Below, in pieces: positions 20,754 to 30,018 of a stretch of 64,000 bases of DNA (the first letter of the stretch is position 1; the number at the start of each line of letters is the position of its first letter). Below the pieces are notes generated by a model. That model was not told the DNA's origin, did no database searches, and saw nothing but the letters and a program-made list of their open reading frames with translations. The translations under genes were made by a program, and so were the position numbers. Origin of the DNA: an uncultured bacterium (GTDB taxonomy: Bacteria > Chloroflexota > UBA5177 > JANWHV01); contig CAWHAE010000014.1 in the NCBI GenBank assembly GCA_963827235.1, positions 320,001 through 384,000 on the forward strand, read 5' to 3'.

Positions 20754-22457
20754 TCACGTCACGACGATGTCGTGTACGCGGAGCTGCAGCTTCGGCTCAC
20801 CGTCGCGCTCGGCGAGGTCAAGCGTAAAGATGAGATCGACCTCGGCATTCCTGCGCAGAGACTCGGCTACGCGCGCGTGACCGTAGGCGAAGGCATGCAA
20901 TGTCACGTTTCCACGACGCAGAGTCAGTTGCAGATGAGCCCCGCCAACAGATCTGAAGTCACAGACCCGGAGCCGTCGGCAAAGCAACATCGGCCTGCGG
21001 TTACCCGCGCCGTACGGCTCCAGTGCCTGCAGCTGCCAATACAGTTGCCAGTCGATCTCGTATGGGGATACTTCGGCGTCGATGCGCAGCTGTGCCACGG
21101 GGCTCGATGCGCACGCACAGGCGATGTAGTCGCGCAGGCGCTCGACCAGCCCGTCCACGACGCCTGGGACCGCGGTGAACCCGGCCGCCTGCGCGTGTCC
21201 GCCAAACTGGTCGAGCACCTCGCGATTAGCAATCAAGGCGTCGACCATCGAGCACCCGCCCGCAGCGCGTAGAGTACCTCGAACCAAGCCCGCACTCTGG
21301 TGAAACACAAGCGCGGCCACTCCGCATTTCTCCACGAGCTTGCCGGCCACGTATCCCGCGACCGGAGCCTCGGTGCGCTCTATTCGCACGGCAAGTAGGG
21401 AGTCGCAGTTGCCGGCATCTCGCTCGACGGCCTGCAAACAGCGGGTAAGCACCCTCCTACCAAGCTGCTGTCTGTCGAAGAAACGCTGCTCTATCGTCGC
21501 CAAAGCGATCGAAGCCTCCTCGTCCGTGCCGGCCGTTAGCAGTGCATGGCCAACGGAGCTTCCGTTGTGAAAACCGGCCGCGTTCAAGCGTGGGCAAATA
21601 CGGCAACCCACCGCCGTGGACGATATCGAGCCCAGGGACAACCCGGCCTGGGCAGCCAGCATGCGCAGCCCGGGACGTTCTGTGCTATTGAGCACGGCGA
21701 GCCCCTGCCATACCAGTGCCCGGTTCTCGCTGACCAGAGGAACCATGTCTGCTATCGTACCCAGCGCCACCAGATCCAGCAGGCTTCTGGCCCGATCGTC
21801 GGGAAGTCCAGCCGACCGGAACAGTTCCTGGGCAATCTTGAACGCCACGCCAACCCCGGCCAGATCTCTGCAGGGATACTTGCAGCCGGCGCGCTGCGGG
21901 TTTACTACCGCCGCGAGACCCGGCAGCACGGAGCAAGGGGCATGGTGATCGGTGACCAGCAGATCCAGGCCGGCTTGCAGACACAAGGCCACCACACCGG
22001 CATCCGTGATGCTGCAGTCAGCCGTGATAACGAGCGATATGCCGTCGCTCGCAAAGCGCCGGAGGGGCTCGATGTGAACGCCTATGGTCTCCTCGAGCCG
22101 GTTGGGCACATACGGCACGGTGTCGATTCCGAGCATGGTCAATGCTTCGTCGAGCAGCGCTACCGATGTGATTCCGTCTACGTCAGAGTCGCCGTAGATT
22201 GCCACTCGTTCGCGCGCGTCACGGGCCCGCAGCAGCCTCTCCGCCGCCCTGCCAGTATCCTCGAGCAGTCGTGGTTCAAAGATTGGTCCTCTGTCGGGTC
22301 CGAGATACGCCCCGGCCTCCTCGTCGGACGTGTCGCGCGAGTCGAGGATCTGGGCCACGATCGGGTGCGCAATCTCCTGCAGCCGCTGAAGACGCGAAGC
22401 CGCGGCACTTGCGTCGTGAGGAGCTCGCCAGACTGCACGTGTCGCCTGCACAACCAT
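20754..22457 (-). CDS. recJ: ssDNA exonuclease RecJ-like DHH phosphoesterase
   Basis: GDSDVDG, TDHH, LAGVGVAFK, ALGTIADMVPL..ENR, PRLNAAG, FGGHAQAAG, LEPYGAGN. Confidence 0.88.
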   Translation of the reverse strand: MVVQATRAVWRAPHDASAAASRLQRLQEIAHPIVAQILDSRDTSDEEAGAYLGPDRGPIFEPRLLEDTGRAAERLLRARDARERVAIYGDSDVDGITSVALLDEALTMLGIDTVPYVPNRLEETIGVHIEPLRRFASDGISLVITADCSITDAGVVALCLQAGLDLLVTDHHAPCSVLPGLAAVVNPQRAGCKYPCRDLAGVGVAFKIAQELFRSAGLPDDRARSLLDLVALGTIADMVPLVSENRALVWQGLAVLNSTERPGLRMLAAQAGLSLGSISSTAVGCRICPRLNAAGFHNGSSVGHALLTAGTDEEASIALATIEQRFFDRQQLGRRVLTRCLQAVERDAGNCDSLLAVRIERTEAPVAGYVAGKLVEKCGVAALVFHQSAGLVRGTLRAAGGCSMVDALIANREVLDQFGGHAQAAGFTAVPGVVDGLVERLRDYIACACASSPVAQLRIDAEVSPYEIDWQLYWQLQALEPYGAGNRRPMLLCRRLRVCDFRSVGGAHLQLTLRRGNVTLHAFAYGHARVAESLRRNAEVDLIFTLDLAERDGEPKLQLRVHDIVVT

Positions 22458-22620
22458 CCTAACTCTGCGACAGGATTGTCATGTCGCCGAGATAGCAACT
22501 CGCGGCACTCGGTGCCGGCACGTGGGGTCGAAACCAAGCACAACCATGTCTCAAGGAAATTCCTCTCACTTCGGATTGTAAGGTCGCCGCCTCGCCTTCG
22601 CAAGGCCTCTAGTAGGGTAC

Positions 22621-22629
22621 TGCTATAAT
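22621..22629 (+). promoter_or_regulatory. Extended -10 promoter (TGCTATAAT)
   Basis: TGnTATAAT about 35 nt upstream of the 22664 ORF, which has SD AAGGAG. Confidence 0.6.
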
Positions 22630-22663
22630 CAGTTAGGCTGTCGGCCGAAGGAGTTCCTCAGGT

Positions 22664-23116
22664 ATGTCGAGTGATTCTGACGCTCTGGCGATGAACCTGC
22701 AGAATGCCATCACGGCGCTCGCCGATATGGAGAGCCAGCTTCAGACCATCCAGTCGAAGGTGGCCGGCCTTGGGTTCTTCGCCCGTGGCTTCGTCGAGAA
22801 GGACATCAAGGGCGCAACGGGGCGCAGCTTCGCCGAGTGGATCAAGGCGGCAGAGCGAGTGCGGCAGATTCTTGCGCGAGCCGGCAACGGCGACCAGACG
22901 GAAGCCATGCGCGCGATCGGCGACGAATTGCCGCGCGTGGCCGTGCTGCGCGCATATCTCCAGAACGCGCCGAAGAAGCTCAACATGGTTCCCGCCGCGG
23001 TGCTGAAGCCTCAGCAGCGTGCCGTCCTTCTGAGCCAGGTAAGTCTCGAAGATGCCTCTCTTCAGTCTCTGGAGACCTTACTGCGCGACATATCCGCCGC
23101 CCTGCGCGGCGTGTAA
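22664..23116 (+). CDS. Hypothetical helical protein
   Basis: Promoter and SD present; natural-looking composition; stops 8 nt before dprA. Confidence 0.75.
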   Translation: MSSDSDALAMNLQNAITALADMESQLQTIQSKVAGLGFFARGFVEKDIKGATGRSFAEWIKAAERVRQILARAGNGDQTEAMRAIGDELPRVAVLRAYLQNAPKKLNMVPAAVLKPQQRAVLLSQVSLEDASLQSLETLLRDISAALRGV

Positions 23117-23124
23117 CCTCGCCG

Positions 23125-24213
23125 ATGCGTTGCGACGCCGGTTACTGGGTGGCCTGGAGCAAGGTCAGCGGCGTCGGGGCCATGCGTGTGCGCCGTTTAT
23201 GGGAGCACTTCGGCGACATGGAGCGAGCATGGCAGGCCGCGCCGGGAGAGTTGTTAGCCGCAGGCCTCGATCAGCGAACAGTGCAGGCTGCCGTGCAGGA
23301 GAGAGCGCTGCTCGATCCGGCGGCCGAGCAGAAGCGGCTCGCTCTCACTGGGGCGGAGCTGGTAACGATCGCCGACCCTGAGTATCCGGCGCTGCTGCGA
23401 ACCGCGGACGGTGGACCGGCCGCCTTGTCGTGGATCGGCACATTGCTGCCGTGCGACGAAGTGGCCATTGCCGTGGTAGGCAGCCGCAGCGTGACGGGGT
23501 ACGGGCGCCAGGCCACCCAGCATCTGGTCGAGGGGCTGGTTCGGAACGGCGTAACCATCGTGAGCGGCCTTGCCAGGGGAGTCGACGCGATAGCCCACAG
23601 ATCGGCGATCGACGCCGGCGGCAGAACGATCGCCGTGCTGGGCTCGGGCATCGATCAGATCTACCCGCCGGAGCATCGGGCTCTAGCCCTCGAGATCACT
23701 CGGCACGGCGCGGTATTCTCCGAGTTCGCAATCGGCACGAAACCCGACGCCATGAACTTTCCCATGCGCAATCGCGTGATTGCCGGTCTCAGTCTGGGCA
23801 CTCTGGTTGTCGAGGCAGGCGACACGAGCGGCGCCTTGATCACCGCTGCCCGGGCGGTGGAGCAGAACCGCGAGGTGTTCGCGGTTCCGGGCAGCATGTT
23901 TGCCCCTCGCTCGGTCGGCACCAATCGCCTGATCCGCCGGGGTGAAGCCAAGCTGGTCTGCTCCGTCGACGATATCCTGGAGGAGCTGCATATCGACGCG
24001 GCGCCTCACCAGATGGCCATGGAGCTGGTGCTGGCTCACGACGGAACCGAGGAGAAGCTGCTCGGCCTTCTCGGCAGCGAGCCCGTGCACGTGGATGCGC
24101 TGACTCGCGCCAGCGACCTGCCTATCAGCGTGGTGAGCAGCACGCTGGCCATGCTCGAGCTGCGCGGCGTCGTGCGCCAGGTCACGCACATGCAGTACGT
24201 CCGCGCGCGTTGA
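23125..24213 (+). CDS. dprA: DNA-processing protein DprA
   Basis: AVVGSR.VT.YG, IVSGLARGVDAIAH, TIAVLGSGID..YP, NFPMRNRVIAGLS, GALITA; C-terminal winged helix. Confidence 0.95.
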   Translation: MRCDAGYWVAWSKVSGVGAMRVRRLWEHFGDMERAWQAAPGELLAAGLDQRTVQAAVQERALLDPAAEQKRLALTGAELVTIADPEYPALLRTADGGPAALSWIGTLLPCDEVAIAVVGSRSVTGYGRQATQHLVEGLVRNGVTIVSGLARGVDAIAHRSAIDAGGRTIAVLGSGIDQIYPPEHRALALEITRHGAVFSEFAIGTKPDAMNFPMRNRVIAGLSLGTLVVEAGDTSGALITAARAVEQNREVFAVPGSMFAPRSVGTNRLIRRGEAKLVCSVDDILEELHIDAAPHQMAMELVLAHDGTEEKLLGLLGSEPVHVDALTRASDLPISVVSSTLAMLELRGVVRQVTHMQYVRAR

Positions 24214-24339
24214 GCGTCCGCACGAAGGCCCGCCCGGTTTCGGCCCGGAGCGTCTTGCCCGCCACGCCGTTGACGGGCGCTCTGGAGCCTGCCTGATAAC
24301 CTGGTCCCCTACAGTGCGAGATGACGGTACGATCCTGAA

Positions 24340-26427
24340 TCAGCCGACAAAGGTCGCTGTAGGTGCTCCTGGCGACACGGATGCCTCCGGCGTCGTGTTC
24401 GGCCCGGGTGTGACTGAGCCGCTTGTAGGCAGCGGAGACGGGCTCTCGACCGGCGTTTCCGCGGGCGACACACTCGCAAGCGGCGTTGCCGAGCCGACCT
24501 CCGAGCCGAGATCGGGCGTGGGCGTGTCGGTGCCGGCAGTGACAGAGAGCACCGGCGTGCCGGCCTCAGCGCTGCCGGTAGGCTCGGGCGATCCTGTCGC
24601 AGAGCTCTCCACAGGTGTCGGCGAGCCTCCGCTCGGCGTGGCCGTCCCGAAAGCCGGACTCTCCACAGGCGTCGGCGTATCGGACTCGAGGCCGACCGTC
24701 GGTGTCGGCGTGTCGGCCTCCGGGCTGCTGGGCGCCGTGGGAGTTGCCGACGGCAGTCTGACTATCTCGGCAGTGGGCGACGGTGTATCGGTCGGCGCGA
24801 CCGGCGTCGAGGTGGGCGGCTCGGTCGTAGCGGTGGCCGTGGCCGGCACCGGCGTGTCGGTTGGCGAGAACGAAGGAGTGTCGCTCGGCCTCGGCGTCGC
24901 CGTACGGGTCGGCGGCAGCGTCGGCACCGGCGTGGAAGTATGCGACGGCGTCGCGCTCGCTGTTGCCGTGGATGTGGACGTGGGAGTCGGCGTCACCGTA
25001 GCCGTGTCGGTGTCGCTCGGCGTGGCGGTGGGCGTTCGCGTCAGGGTAGGTATGGGTGTGTCGGTGACAGTCGCCGTGGGAGGCACCGGCGTCATGGTCG
25101 GCGTGAATTGGGCCGACGCGGTGGCCGTGAAGTACAGAATTGGCGTGCTGGTAAGCGTCGCGACGGGTGTCTCCGTGAGTGTCTTGGTCGCTTTCGCCAC
25201 GGTTCTGGTCGGCGTAGCGGTGGCAGTAGGTCGTCGCGTCGCGGTGGGTCGAGGTAGAGGCGTCGAGGTGCGCGTCGGCGTTTGGGCCACGCCCGGTGCA
25301 CCGCCCAGGCTTGGCGAGCCGCCCGAAGCCACCAGCGTCAACACAACGACAATCGCCAGGGCGCCCACCGTGCCAAAGCCGGCCCCGATCAGCGCCGAGC
25401 GACCGCCACCGCGGTGTGCCCGCGGCGCGTTTGCAGGCGTAGCGCCTGCGGGAAGCACGTTCACCGTCTGCGGCGCGGCGGTCACAGGCATGATGCGTGT
25501 GCGTGATGGTCCGGCCGACGTCGATCCGGAAGGCGCCGGTTCGACCGCGGCGGGTGCCGGCTGGGCGACCGGCGGCTCGACGGCCCGCATCACACGCGTG
25601 CTTCCTGAGGCGTGCCCAATAATGCTGCGAAGCGCCTCGGCCACCGCCGAGGCATCGGCGTACCGTTCGGCAGGGTTCTTAGCCAGCAGGCGCAGCACGA
25701 CTGCTTCCAGCATTGGCGGAATGGCGCGATTGAATTGGCGCGGATGCGGCGGAGCGCTCTGCACGTGTTGCATGGCGACGGCGACAGGGTTCTCGGCGTC
25801 GAATGGCAGGCGAGCCGTCAGCATCTCGAACAACGTCACGCCGAGCGCGTAGAGATCGGCGCGCGGGCCTGCCTCCTGGCCGGTGGCCTGTTCGGGAGCC
25901 AGGTAGTGCACGCTACCTAGCACTGTTCCGGTCTGCGTCATGGTCGAGCTGCTGGTGCGGCGGGCAATGCCGAAGTCGGCGACCTTGACCTGCCCACCTT
26001 CGGTCAGCAGAATGTTCTGCGGCTTGATGTCGCGATGAATGAGGTTGTGCGCGTGCGCCGCGCTCAGCGCGGCGCAGACTTCCAGCGCTATGCGAACAGC
26101 CTCGGCTACGGGCAGCGGCCCGCCCTTCTCGATTCGCTCCTTCAGCGACTGCCCGTCGACCAGCTCCATGACGATGAAATACGACGAGCCGTCCTGTCCG
26201 ACGTCGTAGACGCCGACCACGTTCGGGTGCGAGAGGCTGGCGGCCAGACGCGCTTCCAGTTGAAAGCGACGCAAGAAGTCGGCATCGGCCGTGAACTGCG
26301 GCAACAAGATCTTGACCGCGACCCGGCGGCCCAGCCGCAGGTCTTCGGCCTCGTGCACGCGGGCCATGCCGCCTTCGCCCAGGACACGGATCAGACGATA
26401 TCGGCCGCCGAGTACTGCGTCATTCAC
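24340..26427 (-). CDS. Membrane Ser/Thr protein kinase (PknB-like) with Pro/Thr-rich extracellular tail
   Basis: LGEGGMARV, VAVK, HRDIKPQN, DFG, APE; TM segment ALIGAGFGTVGALAIVVVLTLVA; long PT/TP repeat tail with no PASTA repeats. Confidence 0.93.
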   Translation of the reverse strand: MNDAVLGGRYRLIRVLGEGGMARVHEAEDLRLGRRVAVKILLPQFTADADFLRRFQLEARLAASLSHPNVVGVYDVGQDGSSYFIVMELVDGQSLKERIEKGGPLPVAEAVRIALEVCAALSAAHAHNLIHRDIKPQNILLTEGGQVKVADFGIARRTSSSTMTQTGTVLGSVHYLAPEQATGQEAGPRADLYALGVTLFEMLTARLPFDAENPVAVAMQHVQSAPPHPRQFNRAIPPMLEAVVLRLLAKNPAERYADASAVAEALRSIIGHASGSTRVMRAVEPPVAQPAPAAVEPAPSGSTSAGPSRTRIMPVTAAPQTVNVLPAGATPANAPRAHRGGGRSALIGAGFGTVGALAIVVVLTLVASGGSPSLGGAPGVAQTPTRTSTPLPRPTATRRPTATATPTRTVAKATKTLTETPVATLTSTPILYFTATASAQFTPTMTPVPPTATVTDTPIPTLTRTPTATPSDTDTATVTPTPTSTSTATASATPSHTSTPVPTLPPTRTATPRPSDTPSFSPTDTPVPATATATTEPPTSTPVAPTDTPSPTAEIVRLPSATPTAPSSPEADTPTPTVGLESDTPTPVESPAFGTATPSGGSPTPVESSATGSPEPTGSAEAGTPVLSVTAGTDTPTPDLGSEVGSATPLASVSPAETPVESPSPLPTSGSVTPGPNTTPEASVSPGAPTATFVG

Positions 26428-26717
26428 GGACTCAAGGGTAGCATGCGCCCGGCCATAACAGCGAATGGTCGTGGAACCACTATCACACGTTTCTCAGGCC
26501 GGGGTCGCCGCTCGCGGGAGTTGAGTCTCGCCGTGTTCGGCTCGCGACGAGACCCCTGTGACCGAACCTTCGCTATCGTGCGCACCTCCGGCGCCAACCC
26601 TGCAGATTCGGGTTCCGGCTCGGCGTAACTCCAGCGGATTCCGGTCGGCTAGCCGTGTCACGGCATCATCATATCCGGGCGGTACATCCGCCCGACGACG
26701 CACGAGCACGCATGCTT

Positions 26718-26744
26718 ATGTGGCCTGCACGAGGCAGGCCACAT
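26718..26744. terminator. Hairpin downstream of recA
   Basis: ATGTGGCCTGC-acgag-GCAGGCCACAT, perfect 11-bp stem with no clear U tract. Confidence 0.5.
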
Positions 26745-26778
26745 GTGCTGATCGCCTCGGAGCAGTGACGGGCCTCGA

Positions 26779-27816
26779 CTATTCGCCCAGTGAGTCGGCG
26801 ATCAGCGGCGCATGGAAGCTGTCCAGGTTGGCTCGAATCTGGCTGTCGATGTCGTCGCGAATCTCGACGTTCTGGCGCAGGAATTCCTTGGCGTTCTCTC
26901 GCCCCTGACCCAGCTTGACGTCTCCGAACGAGTAGAAGGCTCCGCTCTTCTTCAACAGACCGATCTCCAGCCCCACGTCGAGCAGGCCACCCTCCCGTGA
27001 GATGCCCTCGTTGTACATAAGGTCGAACTCGGCGACGCGGAAGGGAGGAGCAACCTTATTCTTGACGACCTTTACCCGGACCCGCCTGCCGATAGACTCG
27101 TTGCCTTGCTTGATCTGGTCGATGGCACGGATATCGAGCCGCACCGAAGCGTAGAACTTGAGGGCTTTCCCACCCGGCGTGGTCTCGGGATTGCCGTACA
27201 CCACGCCGATCTTCTCGCGCAGCTGGTTGATGAAGATAACCAGGCTGTTCGACTTGCTGATCGCCGCTGCCAGCTTGCGCAGAGCCTGCGACATCAGGCG
27301 TGCCTGCGAACCAACGTGCGGATCGCCCATGTCGCCTTCGATCTCGGCGCGGGTGACCAGGGCAGCCACCGAATCGACGACCACGGCGTCGACGGCGCCG
27401 CTGCGAACCAGCACATCCACGATCTCCAGCGCCTGCTCGCCCGTGTCGGGTTGCGAGATAAGCATCTCGTTGACGTTCACACCACAACGCGCGGCATATT
27501 GCGGATCGAGTGCGTGCTCGGCGTCCACGTAGGCGACGACGCCGCCCAGGCGTTGCGCCTCGGCAAGAATGTGTTGCGCCAGCGTGGTCTTGCCCGATGA
27601 TTCGGGGCCAAAGATCTCAATAATGCGTCCGCGCGGCACGCCGCCGATGCCCAGGCTGAGGTCCAGGGCGATAGAGCCGGTCGGGATCGCCTCGACGTTC
27701 ATCTTGGTGACTTCGCCGAGGCGCATGATGGCACCCTTGCCGAACTGCCGGTCGATCTGTGCCATGGCGGTTTCGAGTGCCTTGTCGCGATCCGATTGCT
27801 GAGTTGCAACGGCCAC
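26779..27816 (-). CDS. recA: Recombinase A
   Basis: [45 protein letters not shown]. Confidence 0.99.
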   Translation of the reverse strand: MAVATQQSDRDKALETAMAQIDRQFGKGAIMRLGEVTKMNVEAIPTGSIALDLSLGIGGVPRGRIIEIFGPESSGKTTLAQHILAEAQRLGGVVAYVDAEHALDPQYAARCGVNVNEMLISQPDTGEQALEIVDVLVRSGAVDAVVVDSVAALVTRAEIEGDMGDPHVGSQARLMSQALRKLAAAISKSNSLVIFINQLREKIGVVYGNPETTPGGKALKFYASVRLDIRAIDQIKQGNESIGRRVRVKVVKNKVAPPFRVAEFDLMYNEGISREGGLLDVGLEIGLLKKSGAFYSFGDVKLGQGRENAKEFLRQNVEIRDDIDSQIRANLDSFHAPLIADSLGE

Positions 27817-27834
27817 GGGTTCTCACCTTTCGTT

Positions 27835-27846
27835 GAACGTACGTTC
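27835..27846. promoter_or_regulatory. LexA (Cheo-type) SOS box
   Basis: Perfect palindrome GAACGTACGTTC (GAAC-N4-GTTC) 18 nt upstream of the recA start. Confidence 0.85.
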
Positions 27847-27881
27847 TAGAATCGCATGGTACCACAGGTATGGGCCTACAC

Positions 27882-28385
27882 TCAATGGGACTGCGATGAT
27901 AGGACCGGCTCGAGGAACAGAAGTGCTTGCCGCGTCGCTTCCCGAATGATCTGGTCGCGGTCTCCCCGCAGCCTCAGCTCTATCGCGTCGTCCCGACCCA
28001 AGCCGCATAACCCGACGTACACAAGCCCCACCGGCTTGGCGACCGAGCCCCCGCCGGGCCCGGCAATTCCGGTCGTCGACACCGCCAGGGCGGCGTGGAA
28101 CCGCTGGCAGGCGCCGCGAGCCATGGCGCGGGCGACTGGCTCGCTGACCGCTCCGTACGCCTCCAATGTCGAGGCCGGCACATCGAGCAGATCGACCTTG
28201 GCCCGGTTGGAATAGGCGACGACGCTTCCCAGATAGACTTCGGAGATGCCCGCCACCTCGGTGAGCAGATGAGCGATCAGGCCGCCGGTACAGGACTCGG
28301 CCGTGCAAATCGTCGACCCTGAGCGGATTGCCGCCACGGCCACTGCCGCCGCGATCTCGGGCAGAGAAGCCGATTCATCGATCAT
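27882..28385 (-). CDS. cinA: CinA C-terminal domain protein (NMN amidohydrolase PncC family)
   Basis: TAESCTGGLIA, GAVSEPVA..MA.G, STTGIAGPGGG..KPVGLV; lies upstream of recA. Confidence 0.92.
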   Translation of the reverse strand: MIDESASLPEIAAAVAVAAIRSGSTICTAESCTGGLIAHLLTEVAGISEVYLGSVVAYSNRAKVDLLDVPASTLEAYGAVSEPVARAMARGACQRFHAALAVSTTGIAGPGGGSVAKPVGLVYVGLCGLGRDDAIELRLRGDRDQIIREATRQALLFLEPVLSSQSH

Positions 28386-28631
28386 GTGGCGATGCTACAC
28401 GCCGTGGTTCCGCCGGTCAAATGGGGCCGGCCGTGCGCACGGCCGCGGCCGCGGGTCCCATTGCCGGCCAATGACGCCAGGCTTCGCCGAGGGACTCCCC
28501 GATCGCACGCGGATATGCACTTGGCCCCTGACACGGCGGGCACGGTGACCGCAGAGCGGCAGCAATCCCGACGAACGCTCGGTGAAGCACGCGCTTGACA
28601 CTTCCCTGAGCCGCAAGTACGTTACGAGTAC

Positions 28632-28888
28632 GGCGTTGCAGAAGAAGAGTAGCCGGGTTCCTACCAAACAGAGAGCCGCGGACGGTGTGAGCGCGGTTGG
28701 TCTACGTACCCGGCGAAGTGCCCTTTTGCCGGTGCCACGATCCTGAGAGCCCTAACATGGCGTATGGGTCGTCCGTTCGCGACGGTTATGGTGCGGCGCA
28801 TACTGTGCGCGTGAGAGGCCCGCCGGCCGGCGGGCAACAAAGGTGGAACCACGGGATGGCACCCGCCCTTTGGGGCTGGGTGCTTTTT
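28632..28888 (+). ncRNA. T-box riboswitch, Cys specifier, with intrinsic terminator
   Basis: AGAGA and GGTGTGA stem-I motifs; GAAG-TGC specifier at 28719-28721; T-box AAGGTGGAACCACG near 28840; terminator GCACCC...GGGTGC-TTTTT; TTGACA upstream; cysE downstream. Confidence 0.92.
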
Positions 28889-28925
28889 CGTTGAAGTGGC
28901 GTGCCATGCCGTTCACAGGGATGCG

Positions 28926-29516
28926 ATGATGCGCGGGATACTCTCTCAGATGCGGAAAGACATTGCCGTCGTGTTCGAGAAGGACCCGGCTGCAAAGAAC
29001 GTAGCCGAAGTTCTCCTCTACCCCGGTCTTCATGCACTCTGGGCATATCGGGTTGCCCACAGGCTTTACGTCAACAACGTACCGTTCTTCCCCCGGCTGA
29101 TAAGCCAGCTGGCCCGGTTGCTCACCGGCGGGATCGAGATCCACCCTGGCGCACAGATCGGCGACCGGTTCTTTATCGACCACGGATCGGGCGTGGTGAT
29201 CGGCGAGACCGCGGAGATTGGCGACAACGTGATGCTCTATCACCAGGTCACGCTTGGCGCCACGGGCTGGTGGAAGGACATGAAATCCGGGCGAGTCAAG
29301 CGCCACCCAACGATTGAGAATGACGTCGTGATCGGATGCGGCGCCAGCATTCTGGGACCGGTCACGATCGGTGCCGGCAGCAAGATCGGCGCCATGGCCC
29401 TGGTTATTGAGAACGTGCCGCCTGGCTCAATCGTGGTCGGCGCGCCTGGCACCGTGCTCAGACGCTCTAAGATGACCGAGGCGGAGGTGGCGGCGACGGC
29501 CAGGCACGTGAGCTGA
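28926..29516 (+). CDS. cysE: Serine O-acetyltransferase
   Basis: [48 protein letters not shown]. Confidence 0.96.
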   Translation: MMRGILSQMRKDIAVVFEKDPAAKNVAEVLLYPGLHALWAYRVAHRLYVNNVPFFPRLISQLARLLTGGIEIHPGAQIGDRFFIDHGSGVVIGETAEIGDNVMLYHQVTLGATGWWKDMKSGRVKRHPTIENDVVIGCGASILGPVTIGAGSKIGAMALVIENVPPGSIVVGAPGTVLRRSKMTEAEVAATARHVS

Positions 29517-29527
29517 GAGTGGCGCCG

Positions 29528-29950
29528 CTAATCGCAGTCTACTGTGGGAATCTGCCCTGTCAGTGCGTCGAAGATGAGCTGCGCTCCCAGGACGGTCGGC
29601 GAAATGGTCTGCAACCCCATTTCCGCGTAGATCTCGCCGCGCAACGGGTCACTGACACGCGATATGACCTTCGGTACCGCGAATATCTCTCGCGCGTATT
29701 GGCTCGCCGTCAGGTTGCGATTGTCGCCGTTGGTGCACGCCACGAAGACGTCCGCCACGGAGACACCAGCATCCAGCAACACGTCGAGGTCGAGCCCGTC
29801 ACCGTGCACTTTCTGGCCTTTGAAACCAGGTCCTAGCCGCGCGAAGGCATCGTTGGAGATATCCAGCACGATCACGTCGTGGCCCTTGGCCTCCATATCC
29901 TTTGCCAATCGCGCACCCATCCGGCCGCAGCCGAGTATGAACACTATCAC
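29528..29950 (-). CDS. TrkA-N (RCK) NAD-binding domain protein
   Basis: ILGCGRMGARLA, GDGLDLDVL..AG, TNGDNRN, ISRVSDPLR; single domain. Confidence 0.88.
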   Translation of the reverse strand: MIVFILGCGRMGARLAKDMEAKGHDVIVLDISNDAFARLGPGFKGQKVHGDGLDLDVLLDAGVSVADVFVACTNGDNRNLTASQYAREIFAVPKVISRVSDPLRGEIYAEMGLQTISPTVLGAQLIFDALTGQIPTVDCD

Positions 29951-30018
29951 AGATTTGCGCTCCCAGAGCACGATGCCATCGCCGCCCCTCACCTTCGTGC
30001 GGATTGCCGGCCCGTACA

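Noticed and set aside
24314-25852. 512-aa Val/Gly-rich plus-strand ORF and apparent tandem repeats or CRISPR
   Set aside because: It is the antisense shadow of the kinase Thr/Pro tail; the repeats are degenerate codon-level repeats with no repeat-spacer structure.
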